In this document: one piece after another, positions 50,110-63,025 of the stretch
Layout: each line of letters begins with the position of its first letter
Position numbering within the stretch: position 1 is the first letter of the stretch
Assembly: GCF_006345805.1 (NCBI RefSeq)
Contig: NC_043010.1
Location: 67,890,001 to 67,954,000, forward strand
Source of the DNA: Octopus sinensis
Lineage: Eukaryota
Direction: 5' to 3'
DNA length: 64,000 bases
Translations under genes and position numbers: made by a program
The notes under the pieces: generated by a model
Database searches by the model: none
Seen by the model: only the letters and a program-made list of their open reading frames with translations
Told to the model about the DNA's origin: nothing

Positions 50110-50140
<31 letters not shown>

Positions 50141-50314
50141 TCTACTTTGATGTGTGTGTATATGTGATTGCATGTTTGTGTGTGTGTGTGTGTGTGTGTG
50201 TGCGTGCGTGTGTGTAAGTCTACTTTGATGTGTGTGTATGTTTGTGTTTGTGTGTATGTGTGTGTGTATATGTGTCTATGTGTGTTTGTATGTGTGTGTG
50301 TGTCTATGTGTGTT

Positions 50315-50354
<40 letters not shown>

Positions 50355-50499
50355 TGTGTCCACCATTTTTTTTTTTTTTTTTTTTTGCATATTAAATTCT
50401 GATATAATCATAATTTACATCATCTGAATGGTATATGTAGAAAATTTCATTAAAAAATAGCCATTCTTCAGAAAGTTATGAGGAAACAAATTCGGCGAC
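49956..50499. mobile_element. Foldback/MITE-like element with ~135-bp imperfect TIRs around a (TG)n core
   Basis: 49956-50089 is the reverse complement of 50352-50499 (motif GAAAGTTATGAGGAAACAAA). Confidence 0.7.
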
Positions 50500-51231
50500 A
50501 CATCTGTGTGGCATTATAAATATATACATTTTTTATTAAACATACTACGATAGAAAAGTAACCCGCAATGATATTACAGTAAAGTATTGGGTAACAGTAA
50601 TGGTGATTTCATGAAGAATTAACTGCTATTTCTAGCAAACCGAGTGAGTATGGAACAGGTACGGGTAAACTTATTTGAGAACTGAGCTGCTGCATGAGCC
50701 ATAGCTCATTATAAAAAAAGAAAATTATTCATGGTTATTCAAGAAGTCTCGCGGGCCGCAGTTTGCTCATGATTGGCGTAGAGGCTTCTTCGTTGGCGGC
50801 ATTTTGTTTCACGAAGTAAAGGTTCTAGCATCGTATGGAAGTGAATTTAATTTGTCCTCTTGAAATCCATTCAGTTTTGTGAGTCGCTGAGGCATTAGAC
50901 CAGCGGCTGTCAGGGCCACACACGGCCCTCAAGCAGCCCTCCGGTGGGTCCCGACAATCTTCTCTAAAAATATAATAAATTTTATACTTTCATTTGTTTT
51001 ACTTATCTTACTGAAGCTCCCTAAAAAAATCCAGGGTCTAGCCTGGATATTGAAAAGGTTGAAGACCACTACACTAGACCCTTTAACCATTGTTGATTTG
51101 TTTAACTAAACCAGTGTTTCCCAACCTATTTTCTCCCAGGCCCCACTATAACTTTCCAGAAAAATGTATGTCCCATCGATGGTGGGAAAAAAACCCCAAC
51201 TTTATTTTTAATATTTTATCACAGTTAAGGC

Positions 51232-51445
51232 GGCGGAGCTGGCAGAATCGTTAGCACGCCGGGCGAAATGCGTAGCCGTATTTCGTCTGCCGTTACGTTC
51301 TGAGTTCAAATTCCGCCGAGGTCGACTTTGCCTTTCATCCTTTCGGGGTCGATAAATTAAGTACCAGTTGTGTACTGGGGATCAATCTAATCGACTGGCC
51401 CTCCCCCCCCCCAAATTTCGGGCCCTGTGCCTAGAGTAGAAAAGA
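51232..51445 (+). mobile_element. Family A SINE, alternative-tail subfamily (..ccaaatttcgggccctgtgcctagagtagaaa)
   Basis: Near-consensus head and domain, different 3' tail; relatives at 37165-37390, 54290-54485, 55320-55510, 59885-60305, 60910-61085. Confidence 0.85.
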
Positions 51446-51656
51446 GTATTTTATCAGAATTTTTTAATACAAAAGAATATACCGGTAACTCTTTTATTAA
51501 ATATTAATACACATACAATACGATGGGCTTCACTGGTACTTAATTTATCGACCCCGAAAGAATAAAAGGCATAGTCGACCTCGGCGGAATTTGAACTCAG
51601 AACGTAAAGACGGATGATTTTGCCCGGCATACTAACGTTTCTGCCAGTACACTCCA

Positions 51657-52090
51657 GTATGCCGTTTGAAAGGTATTTCTATAAAATTTCATTGAAAAAA
51701 ACCCCCCTATTTTCCCAAAAGTTATGAGGGAAAAACTCGGATTTTGTGAATTTTCCGAAGTCCTTTCCCCATCCCCTTGCAAAAGATTTCCCCCACAAAC
51801 TTCTTTATAATCGTAATGTATGCCGTTTGAAAGGTATTTCTATAAAATTTCCTTGAAAAAACCCCCCATTTTCCTAAAAGTTATGAGAGAAAAACTCTAA
51901 TTTTGTAAATTTTCCGAAGTCCTCTCCCCACCCCCTTGCAAAAGATTTTTCCCTAGAAATTTCTTTATAATCGTAATGTATGCCGTTTGAAAAGTATTTC
52001 TATAAAATTTCATTGAAAAAAAAACCCATTTTCCTAAAAGTTATGAGGGAAAAACTCGGATTTTGTGAATTTTCCGAAGTCCTCTCCCCA
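51657..52090 (+). repeat. Tandem repeat, 160-161-bp unit x about 2.7
   Basis: Units start at 51657, 51818 and 51978 (gtatgccgtttgaaa..). Confidence 0.92.
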
Positions 52091-52356
52091 CGCATTTTTT
52101 TCATATCCGTTTCATACACATTGTTTTACACACATTCCAGTATTTTTTTTTTTTTTTTTGATTTTCATTTCCGAGTCAAAATGTAAACATTAACCAACAC
52201 TTGTCCAAGTGCCATGCAGTGGGACTGAACGCGGAGCCAAGTGCTTGGAAAGATAAATTATAAGAAATACTGAGTGAGAGAAAGAGAGAGAGAGAAAATG
52301 TATAATGAGGTGGTGATGATGGTGATGGTGGAGGAGAGAGTTGTGTCCCTTGTAAC

Positions 52357-52372
52357 GGCGCGTAAATTTAAA
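52357..52372 (+). promoter_or_regulatory. CDE/CHR-like tandem element (GGCGCG-taaa-TTTAAA); second CHR TTTGAA at 52437-52442
   Basis: GC element, 4-nt spacer and CHR variant about 340 bp upstream of the D-box exon; spacing matches known DREAM/MuvB CDE-CHR sites. Confidence 0.45.
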
Positions 52373-52705
52373 CGGTTCGAAAGCAGAAATTGACGTTAAT
52401 CTATTTCCGCTGTTATATATAGATCACCTGAACGAATTTGAATTTACCCACTTGACTGACTCCATCCTCTCTCTCACTCTCTCGACGACTTCAAATCGAA
52501 CTTCTTTGACAACCTGTGACTTAGAATATTTTTTTTAAAATACGTAAATTTTTATATTCTTAAAAATACGCCGGCTATCGTTAAGAAATTTAACAAACAA
52601 AAGCAAAAATCAACCAACCACCTTGTGAAATAATTAGACAGAACAGAAGGATTTTTAATCTTTATCTAATTGTTATTTTTTAATATTGATTTCTAAAAGA
52701 GAAAG

Positions 52706-52861
52706 ATGACTTCACTAAAAAGAAAATACAGCACTAGGTTGTCTAAGGGTAAAATAAACGCCGAAAGCACGTTTAAAGCACCTCAGTTATCCGAAGCTGT
52801 CTTAAATCGCGTGAAGAAACGTCCCCGAATTCAGCTGGGAGATATTACGAATGGTGACAAG
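52706..52861 (+). CDS. Probable first coding exon of an unidentified cell-cycle protein (MTSLKRKYSTRLSKGKINAESTFKAPQLSEAVLNRVKKRPRIQLGDITNGDK), D-box RxxLxxIxN
   Basis: Non-repetitive ORF with basic NLS-like runs and a cyclin-type D-box, ending at an AAG|GTAATC donor; acceptor-like tract + AAG just before the ATG. Confidence 0.6.
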
Positions 52862-55692
52862 GTAATCCATCTAAATTCTTTAAGGGGAATACTTTGTTCG
52901 GTAATATCTCGGTATTGGTAGACGACATCATTCATATTCTTTTTCTGCCCAAATTCCTTGAGGGAACGTTGCGTAAGTGAATTACGGCGTCTACCGATAC
53001 CGAAAGGTTTCTATTTTTTTTTCTTATGTGAATGTCCTTCTGATATATATATGTAATTCTTTTTCGGAAGAGTGGATCTCGAAGCAAATAAAATCATACA
53101 TGATGAAGTGTAAATATTGGGTTAAAAAAAAAATCTCTGTCATGTTTACAGAAGTGGTGGGTTCGTGTCCCACGGATTGCCTTCGACTTTTTCGATCCAA
53201 AGGGGGGTTCTTTTAACCTAATATTTGCATGCTATTGTCTTTTGCTCTTTCTGCTTCGAGATGCAACGTTCCAAAGAAGAATTATTTCATCTCTTGAAAC
53301 TTCCAAAAAGCCTTATGTCAACAATATATACGTGTGTATTTGTTTCATGCCTTTTTTTTTTGCTTTAAATAATGAAATCTTGGTACTACTGAAATACAGA
53401 GGTCCCTAACCAACCCTAAAACTAACCCTAACCCCCACTAGCAAGTGTGCACTGTAAAAACATATCGTTACGTTGATGCATCGGGACCTCTATATTTAAG
53501 TAGTGCCGAAATCTTGATCCATGTCCATTGATGTAAAACCCTCAGTTGTTTTTGTGTGTGTGTGTTCGTTGTTTTTGTCTCTCATTCATTATTGCTATTA
53601 TGGCAGACAAACCGTTATTTATATTATCACAATTATTTCCGTATTTTTCCTGTGACTCATTACTTAATCAGATTAATTAACGTTATACAGAGAAATCCCC
53701 TTAATCGAAAAATAAAGAACTTGTTTAATTCTATGTATTTTTAACTCGTTCAAAATAACACTGAGCCAAAGATTTTTAAATTCTAATTTCAAAAGAAAAA
53801 AAACCCCAAAAAACAAATGCTGAATTGTAATCTTTGATGTTTAAAGTCTAGCCTTATATATCCAGAAAATTTACTGTTTTTAGCAACCAAAATAGTTTCC
53901 GAATCTCTTCTAGAAAATTACCCAATTTTTGTACCGGCGCAATTTAATTATTTCCTCTTCTCTAAATTGACGGTTTTGTTTCAATTTAAGTCATCAACTG
54001 TATTATAATTAGCACTATAGTATATCACATTCCTGACGATTGCGTGTTAATTAATTCATTAACTGCAACTCTTTATCTCCCGTTAAACACAATGAAACAA
54101 TTAGATGAAGTTAAATCTTTAACCGGCGACGCTATTGTTCACAGATGCTTTGTACATATCTTTGGAATGCGATTACTTTCTATATTTAGGTTAGTTGTTT
54201 TTCAACTTTTTGTTTACAATTTGTATGGTCACTTGATCTGAAATAGCAGTTAAATTAAGCATTGTTTGTATTCGACTAGGCGGCGAGCTGGCAGAATCGT
54301 TAAGTGACATTTCGTGCAGCTTTACTTTCTGAGCTCAAATTCCTCTAAGTTTAACTTTACTTAGAGGAATTTGAACTCAGAACGTAGTAAAGTTCAGCTT
54401 TAACTTACATCCTTTTGGGGTCGACAAACTAAGTACCGAACTCCTACCAAATTTCAGGCTATATTCCTATTGTAGAAATAATTATCTATACTCGACGTAG
54501 TTTTCTAGTAATTCTCCATTCGAGGGACACAGCTTTTTCAAAACTCCACCTTATATTCTACCATCGTAAAAATAGGGACACTTTTGAATACACTGTCTAA
54601 AAAGAAAACAGTGGAAAGAAGGGCCGGCGCGGCGGTGGGATCTTTGATTAGAGGTCTGTACTATCCGGGTTGGTCTATGATTACATAATCCAGTACGGTC
54701 TTAAGGTATGGACTCATTGGGCAGTTGCTCAAGGGCCTTACGATTCTATGGGCCCAATTTGGATCTATGTATGCTGTGGCTTGCTGTCAATAAATAAATG
54801 CTATAGGGTCCAGTGCAGTGATTTTCCGGGGCATATATATAAGTTAAAACGGGCCTGTTCATAACCACCATCACCACTCTGCGATTTTGAAAACGTTATC
54901 ATTTATTTCTGAAGACATGATGGTTGCAAGCTGGCAGAATCGTTGTAGTGTCTAGAAAAAGCACCTCCAAACCTTGCAATGTTTGTTCCGATTCTTCATG
55001 TTCTGAGTTCAAATTCTGCCGAGGTGAGATTGATAAAATGAAGTACTTGTCAAGTACTGAGTGAGGTCAGTGGTATTGACAAACTCGCTTCTCTCAGACT
55101 TGCCCGTCTTGTGCCTACATGAGAAATCGTTTTTCAATTTATTATTCACTTTCAGCCCTTTGCTACAGGTCTTGAAGGAGTGGGGGCGACGGAGAAAAAG
55201 GCATGAACGTCATGTAACCCCCCCTGAACGCATCTCTGTAAATTTTGCGCTATAGGCTTTTTGGACTTTGACACCAAATCAAATATATTCCAGGCAGTTA
55301 ATAATATCACATTGCCATAAATAACTTTCCTACTTTGGGTGCAAGGCCTGAAATTATTTTAGGGATGGATGCTAGTGGATTACGTCGGGCCCAGTGCTCA
55401 AATCGTAAGGATGAAAGGCAAAGTCAACCTGGGCGGAATTTGAACCCAGAGCGTAGATACGAACGAAATGTCGCTAAGCATTTTATCCATCGTGCAAACG
55501 ATTCGGTAAACTAGCCCATTATTCTCCCAATCCTGGGTAAAAGCTTAACTCTGGATCTCTCCATAGCTATCAGCTTCGGGTTTCTGGCTCTCCAAATTTT
55601 GTCAAATCTATTCAGTTCATCCTTCATTCTTGTTCGTTGTCATCCTCCTGTTTCTTTTTACTTTCTCTCGGAACCTAGTCTGTCAGGTTTTC

Positions 55693-56108
55693 TTATTTCT
55701 TTACTGCCCACAAGGGGCTACACAGAGAGGGGACAAACAAGGACAGACAAATGGATGAAGTCGATTATATCGATCCCAGTGCGTAACTGGTACTTATTTA
55801 ATCGACCCCGAAAGGATGAAAGGCAAAGTCGACCTCGGCGGAATTTGAACTCAGAACATAACGGCAGACGAAATACCTATTTCTTTACTGCCCACAAGGG
55901 GCTAAACACAGAGAGGACAAACAAGGACAGACAGAGGGATTAAGTCGATTATATCGATCCCAGTGCGTAACTGGTACTTATTTTAATCGACCCCGAAAGG
56001 ATGAAAGGTAAAGTCGACCTCGGCGGAATTTGAACTCAGAACGTAACGGCAGACGAAATACCGCTAACATTTCGCCCTGCGTGCTAACGTTTCTGCCAGC
56101 TCGCCGCC
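55693..56108 (-). mobile_element. Family A SINE dimer, 17-bp TSD
   Basis: TSD tagtctgtcaggttttc at 55676-92 and 56109-25. Confidence 0.92.
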
Positions 56109-56572
56109 TAGTCTGTCAGGTTTTCGTTCGTCTGTTGTCACTATATATTTCCAACCATACATATTTTATAATACAGTGAGTTGAAAACCTTTACTTAACA
56201 AATTACCCGAACAATTTGCTGGACTCGAGGTAAACTTCTAAAAGATAGCAAAAAAAAAAAAAAGGTACAATTAAGTGTTAGGACGTTGTAAGAAAGTTTG
56301 TACACAGTTGGATTTGGTCCTCAACGCCAAGTGGTGAGAGCAACAAATGTTTCAACTTTCTTAGACCTTCTCATTGAAGCCTAGTCTACTTCATGTATGG
56401 GCATCCTTTATCGAGAGGCGAGCTGTATTAACCTGGCTCAACTTCAGGCGGGTCGCACTGTTAGGGAGGGAAAAAAACCCCACCAAAATTCTGAAGATAA
56501 TTTTTTCGTAAGTCTCCGCGGGTCGCAGTTTTTCTGTTGCTGGTAAGATTAAGAGGAGACGGGAATCATACC

Positions 56573-56805
56573 TATTTCTTTACTACCTACAAGGGGCTAA
56601 ACACAGAGAAGACAAACAAGGACAGACAAACGGATTAAGTCGGTTATATCGACCCCAGTACGTAACTGGTACTTATTTAATCGACCCCGAAAGGATGAAA
56701 GGCAAAGTCGACCTCGGCGGAATTTGAACTCAGAACGTAACGGCACACGAAATACGGCTACGCATTTCGCCCGGCGTGCTAACGTTTCTGCCAGCTCGCC
56801 GCCTA
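56573..56805 (-). mobile_element. Family A SINE monomer, 16-bp TSD
   Basis: TSD agacgggaatcatacc at 56557-72 and 56806-21. Confidence 0.92.
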
Positions 56806-57660
56806 AGACGGGAATCATACCATCTGATCATTCTGTAAGAAGACAATAATACAAAGAAAAGAGACGTGATATAACTGAATTCTTTTTTTTTTTTTTTGTA
56901 TTGTCGATTACTGCAACCACCTGATATAAATCTCTGATTCAGCGATGGAAATGGGTGGAGAGAAAGAGAGAGTACCTAGGGATACTCGGCGAAAGTAAAG
57001 AATACCCATACCCGCTGTTTAGGGGTTAGGATTTTTGTTATGCCGAAAACGGGTGGTGTACGTATTTTTTTACCCTCGCCAGGATAGTCAAGGTACGCGC
57101 CAGGTCACTGAGGGTAGGTGGTGTAATGGTTTATAGCGCCTGGTGATTCTCAACCGTTTCTTTTTTTTTTTTTTTGGCATTCTTTCGATATAACTCGACA
57201 AAATCGAAACATTTCACTTCGGGTATTTCCGTGGGTTGTGGAGTATAGATGTAACGAAATTATGCCTGCAATTTCTCATTTTAAATTTGAAGAAAAAAAG
57301 CCTTGCATATTTGTTCTTACCTGTTTCATGTGTGTATGTAAAATTCGCAAATTTCCAAGCAGAAAACAGAATCGAACAGTCATTTGCTTCCACGGAAATA
57401 CCCGGTGAAATGTTTTGATTTTGTCGAGTTATAATCGAAAGAATGCCTTTTTTTTTTTTGCCCGTTCCCTATTTTATTTGGATGGACCCCCATAAAGATC
57501 ATGTGGACCACGGTTGAGGACCATTGGTCTAATCCCATCTTCCCAATTTCAGTCCATGGTTCCTAATACCTCTAGTTCTTAATATTCATTTTCATCACTG
57601 CTCTGATTACTTATACGAATATGACTGACTGAGAGAGAATAACCGAAGTGAGCTTTCCTC

Positions 57661-58253
57661 ATGCTTGATTCGACGGTCATTCGGAATGCTCACAGCAGCC
57701 ATATTCCTACCACTCTATGTCACGCTGGTGAGACCCATATTGGAGTACGGGATTCAAGCCTCTTCTCCTTATCTCCTCAAAGACATACAGCATCTCGAAA
57801 GAGTCCAGAAGCTGGCTACCCGCATGGTTCATGGTCTCAAAAATTTGTCCTACGAAGAAAGGCTGAGGACGCTCGACCTTTATTCTCTAGAAAAACGCCC
57901 CCGCCGTGGTGATCTCATTCTCGCCCACAACATCATAAGCGGAAAGTGTAACCTCTCGAAAGAGCTGTTCTTCACTCCTGCTCCAGAGCGTCGGCTGCGG
58001 GGTCATTCCGAAAAGCTCTACCTGCGACGATTTCATCTCAATCGAAGGAGAGGATCTTTCTCCGTCCGGGTTACGGATCCGTGGAACAAGCTACCAGACG
58101 AGATGGTAAAGATGCCGACGACCGCTTTGTTCAAAGCCTCCCTTGACCTCAAGTGGCCTAAACTCTTTACATGAACACCACCCTGTACTTAACTCCATGT
58201 CCCCCTACATGGCCTTGCTATTTGCTTTTGAGCCAAATTAACTAACTAACTAA
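57661..58253 (+). mobile_element. CR1-clade LINE 3' fragment, uninterrupted 169-aa RT C-terminus, (TAAC)n tail
   Basis: LYVTLVRPILEYG..DIQHLERVQKLATRMV..LSYEERL..LYSLEKR.RRGDLI..LRGHSEKL..FSVRV..WNKLP; AACT repeats at 58237-58253. Confidence 0.93.
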
Positions 58254-58401
58254 CGGTAGATTCTCACAAGTGATTAAATGGGTCGTAAAACTTCAAAAGC
58301 TTGATTAGTACCAAAAAAAAGTATGTCAAAGGGAAATAACTCTAAGTTTGGTTGATCTTATTTGTCTCCCTTGTTTTGTACGATTGAATAACTAATGTTA
58401 T

Positions 58402-59505
58402 ACTCTTTACTCTTTTACTCTTTTACTTGTTTCAGTCATTTGACTGCGGCCATGCTGGAGCACCGCCTTTAGTCGAGCAAATCGACCCCGGGACTTATTC
58501 TTTGTAAGCCCAGTACTTATTCTATCAGTCTCTTTGCCGAACCGCTAAGTGACGGGGACGTAAACACAACAGCATCGGTTGTCAAGCAATGCTAGGGGGA
58601 CAAACACAGACACACAAACATATACACACACACTTATAAATATATATATACATATATACGACAGGCTTCTTTCAGTTTCCGTCTAGCAAATCCACTCACA
58701 AGGCATTGGTCGGCCCGGGGCTATAGCAGAAGACACTTGTCCAAGATGCCACGCAGTGGGACTGAACCCGGAACCATGTGGTTGGTTAGCAAGCTACTTA
58801 CCACACAACCACTCCTGCACCTATGCCATTCTATCAGTCTCTTTTGGCGAACTGCTAAGTTACTGGGACATAAACACTCAAGCGACGGTGGGGAGACAAA
58901 CAGAGACACAAATAAAGATATGTATACGACAGGCTTCTTTCAGTTTCCGCCTACCAAATTCACTCACACGGCTTTGGTCAGCCTGAGGCTATGGCAGAAG
59001 ATACCTGCCCAAGGTGCCATGCAGTGGGACTGAACCTGGAACCATGTGGTTGGGAAGCAAGCTTCTTATCACACAGCTACGCCTGTGTTTGTCCCCTAAC
59101 ATCGCTTGACAACCGATGCAGGTGTGTTTACGTCCCCGTAAATTAGAGGTTCGGCAAAAGAGACTGATAGAATAAGTACTAGGCTTACAAAGAATAAGTC
59201 CTGGGGTTGATTTGCTCGACTAAAAGGCGGTGCTCCAGCATGGTCGCAGTCAAATGACTGAAACAAGTAAAAGAGAAAAGAGTATGTATATATATATATA
59301 TATATATGTCTGTGTGTGTGTCTTTGTGTTTACGTCCCTGTTGGTGTGTTTATGTCCCTGTAACTTACCAGTTCAGCAAAAGAGACCAACAGAATAAGTA
59401 CTAGGCTTACAAAGAACAAGTCCTGGGGTTGGCATCTTCCATTAAAACCGATTAAGGCGGTGCTCCAGTATGGCCATAGCCAAATGAGTGAAACAAGAAA
59501 TAAAA
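58402..59505. mobile_element. Cluster of family B SINEs (58402-58817 minus near-consensus; partial copies to 59505 in both orientations)
   Basis: Repeated family B blocks. Confidence 0.88.
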
Positions 59506-62500
59506 AAAAAAAGAAATTATTTTTTAACTGATACATGGTAACAAAACCTTCAATTTGTCACTCATACTTCTCACAAAATTATCAATAAAACACCTTCCAA
59601 GGTACTTGGGCATTAGTATAGATTTTCTAAAACCTCAGATTCTATCTTTAAAAATCTGCAATGCACCAATGCATCATGGGAAAACCACTGCACTATATAT
59701 TATGATAATTATGTAATTGTTTACATACATTTTTTTCCCTTCTATTCTTGTATCTGAGGGATGGTTTTTGTTGGCACAATTATTTTTACCGTTGAAATGA
59801 CCTTTCTTCTATTAACCTAGTTGTACCATGAAATATGATTGGAATCTGTTTTGTTTTTAATCATAGTATTAGTTATAATAGTAATAATCGTTTCTGCTGT
59901 AGGCCTAGAATTTGAGGGAAGGTGGGGTTGTCGATCACATCGACCCCAGTACTTGACTGGTACGTAATTTATCAACCCCCGAAAGGATGAAAGGCAAAGT
60001 CAACCTCTGCAGAATTTGAACTCAGAATGTAGTGACGGACGAAATACCGTTAAACATTTCGCCCCGCATGCTAATGAATAATAATAATAATACTAATAAT
60101 AATCCTTTGTACTATAGGCACTAAGCCTGAAATTTTGGGGGCAGGGGCTAGTCAATTGCATCAACCCCAGTGCCCAACTGGTATTTATTTCATCAACCCT
60201 GAAAGGATGAAAGTCAACCTGGAATTTGAACCCAGAAACTAAATACACAAAATACTTCTAAGCGTTTTGTCTGGCACACTAACAATTTTGCCAGCTTGCC
60301 ACCATAATAATAGTAATAATAATGATAATAATCACAATAATAATAATAAATGCCTTGATGCAGTACCAGACAGTGGCTCTCATGACTGCTGATCTTAACT
60401 GATTGGAAGTGTTATCATGTACATTGCTTTGTCTTGGTATAAAAGATGGGCTACAGCAAATATTCTGCTCAATACCACAGATTTGCTTGTCAGTTGTTTG
60501 ACCTTAACCAGTTGAGCATGTCCCTTGGTGGCTGACGATATCTGCATCTCTCACCATGAGCAGAAGTAGTGGGGGAGCATCATAGCCATGGGTTGAGAGG
60601 GATTCTTTGGAGTTTGAATAATACACCTCTGGAAACATGGGTGTTTTGTTTAACATCCTTAAACAACCCTTATTCAGGGGACCTTTTGAGCGGGATGGGT
60701 TACTCAACCAGAAGAAAATTCTGACTGGGCACTGTTTGTCTTGATATGAGATCACCATGATGCACACATATGGTTGTGATGCATGTACCTAGTGTACCCT
60801 TATCAGACGGGTGGTCATGATGGGTATACTGGGCTTCGCATATTTTACCCCAGTGTCACTTTGATGGCATGCACTGCTCTCTCACTCAATATTAATAATA
60901 ATGACAATAATAATAATATTTTCTACTAAAGGCACAAGGCCTGAAATTTGGTGGGAGGGGACTAGTTGATTACATCGACCCTAGTCTTTAAGAGGTACTT
61001 TATTGGCCCCAAAAGGATGGAAGGCTCAGTTGGCGGAATTTGGACTCAAAAGGACAGACAAAATGTCGCTAAGCATTTTCACCTGGCGAGACTGATAGAA
61101 TAAGTACTAGGCTTACAAAGAATAAGTCCTGGGGTCGATTTGCTTGACTAAAGGCAGTGCTCCAGCATGGCCGCAGCCAAATGGCTGAAACAAGTAAAAG
61201 AATATAATAATAATAATAATAATAATGAGAGCACTCAGAAAGTGCAAACCTCCACCAAGGCAATACCAATGTCCTCTCAACGATTAGCCATAGATGATTT
61301 TTAAAATGAGACCAAGTTCCACTGTCTGTTTTGGCATGGTTTCTACAGCTAGATGCCCTTCTTAATGCCAACCACTTTGCAGAGTGTAATGGGTACATAT
61401 TGCATGGTACCATCACCAGTGCTGACAGGGTCACCAAGTACCTTGCACGACAATAAGCCCTCAACTGGGAAGGGGGAAAGTAGTGAGTGGGTGTGGCTTT
61501 GTACTTTTCGAGGTAGAGAAGGAGCGGATGTAGATGTCTTGCTGTAGAGTAGATACATGGATTCTCAATTTGGTAAAGAGATTTTGTTGAAGCCGTGTGC
61601 ATGATCAGGTTGTTCTGGCCACCATACCACTACGCCTATGACATTAGCTTTGTGAAGAGGGTTACAGGACAAAATCAGTATGTAATAAGGAAGGACGAAC
61701 CCTGCATAGGGTCATGACTCACTTAACCATAGGCTCATATGTGAGTGATCCTGGTTGATGCTGACACCTAAAAAGCAACACTCTAGCCAAACTGCATTTA
61801 CCATGGAGGAAACTACCAAGTTGGTGTTTGGTATGGAGTATATAACCCTTTGACCGTGGAAAGTGGATATATCCATTCAAAATTTTATTACTGTTAACTG
61901 CAGAAAAGTTTTACTCCATGGTTTAACCCCCAACTCCCAAAAAAACCCCAAAAACCAAACAAACAAAAAAAAAACAACAAAACAATTATCTTACAAGAAG
62001 CAAACAACTTTTGACAAAAGACGATTTCTTTTTAGATTTTCTGAATTTTTCTCACATATTTCATCAAATGTTTCTTTACAGAGCAAGAATTAAATGTTTT
62101 TAGACACTAAAATAGCATTGCAGAAGTACAAAATATTTCTATTTTTCTGGCAGGTAATTAACATTATTATGTGAATGACCATGAAATTTAATTACACAGT
62201 CAGTTAATCTCGTGTTTCAGATAGTTGTTCTTTATAGTGTTGTCAGACGAGCTGTCTGGAAGCAGTAAAACCCTAATAAGAAAATCTTAGTAGACGTAAA
62301 TATACATCTGTGTGGTTAAGCAGCTCACTTTGGTAACCGCATGGTTTTGGGTTCAGTCCCACTGTGCAGCGCCTTGGTTAAGTGTCTTCTGTTATATTCT
62401 TGGACCAGCCAGTGCTTTGTGAGTGAGTTTGGTAAATGGAAACATGCCTGGTCACAGGGAAATAGTTCAAGACACCATGCAGTGGAACTGACCCCAGTGC

Positions 62501-62629
62501 CATGTGGTTGGGGAGCAAACTTCTTACCACACAGCCTGCCTGTGTGTCTGTTTGACTATTTGTCTGACCGTCTGTTTGTTTGACCATCTGTCTGAGCTTC
62601 TGTCTGTCCACCAGTCTACTGAAGTTTCT

Positions 62630-63025
62630 TATTTCTTTATTGCCCACAAAGGGCTAAACATAGAGGAGACAAACAAGGACAGACAAAAGGATTAAGTTGA
62701 TTACATCGACCCCAGTGCGTAACTGGTACTTAATTTATCGACCCAGAAAGGATGAAAGGCAAAGCTAACTTCGGCGGAATTTGAACTCAGAACGTAATGG
62801 CAGACGAAATACCTATTTCTTTATTGCCCACAAGGGGCTAAACACAGAGGGGACAAACAAGGACAGACATAGGTATTAAGTGGATTACATCGATCCCAGT
62901 GCGTAACTGGTACTTAATTTATCGACCCCAAAAGGATGAAAGGCAAAGTCGACCATGGCGGAATTTGAACTCAGAACGTAATGGCAGATGAAATACCGCT
63001 AACATTTCTGCCATCTTGCCGCCTT
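62630..63025 (-). mobile_element. Family A SINE dimer, 18-bp TSD, inserted into a family B SINE
   Basis: TSD cagtctactgaagtttct at 62612-29 and 63026-43. Confidence 0.92.

Noticed and set aside
52706-52861. Naming the D-box gene (cyclin B3, or PRR11 as the human SMG8 neighbour)
   Set aside because: A D-box alone is not diagnostic and no cyclin box or PRR11 motif was found in the window
52963-53330. 10-nt microexon (52963-52972, GTAAGT donor) plus exon from 53261 extending the D-box gene in frame
   Set aside because: Both acceptors are rare GAG and the peptide is unrecognisable; needs RNA-seq
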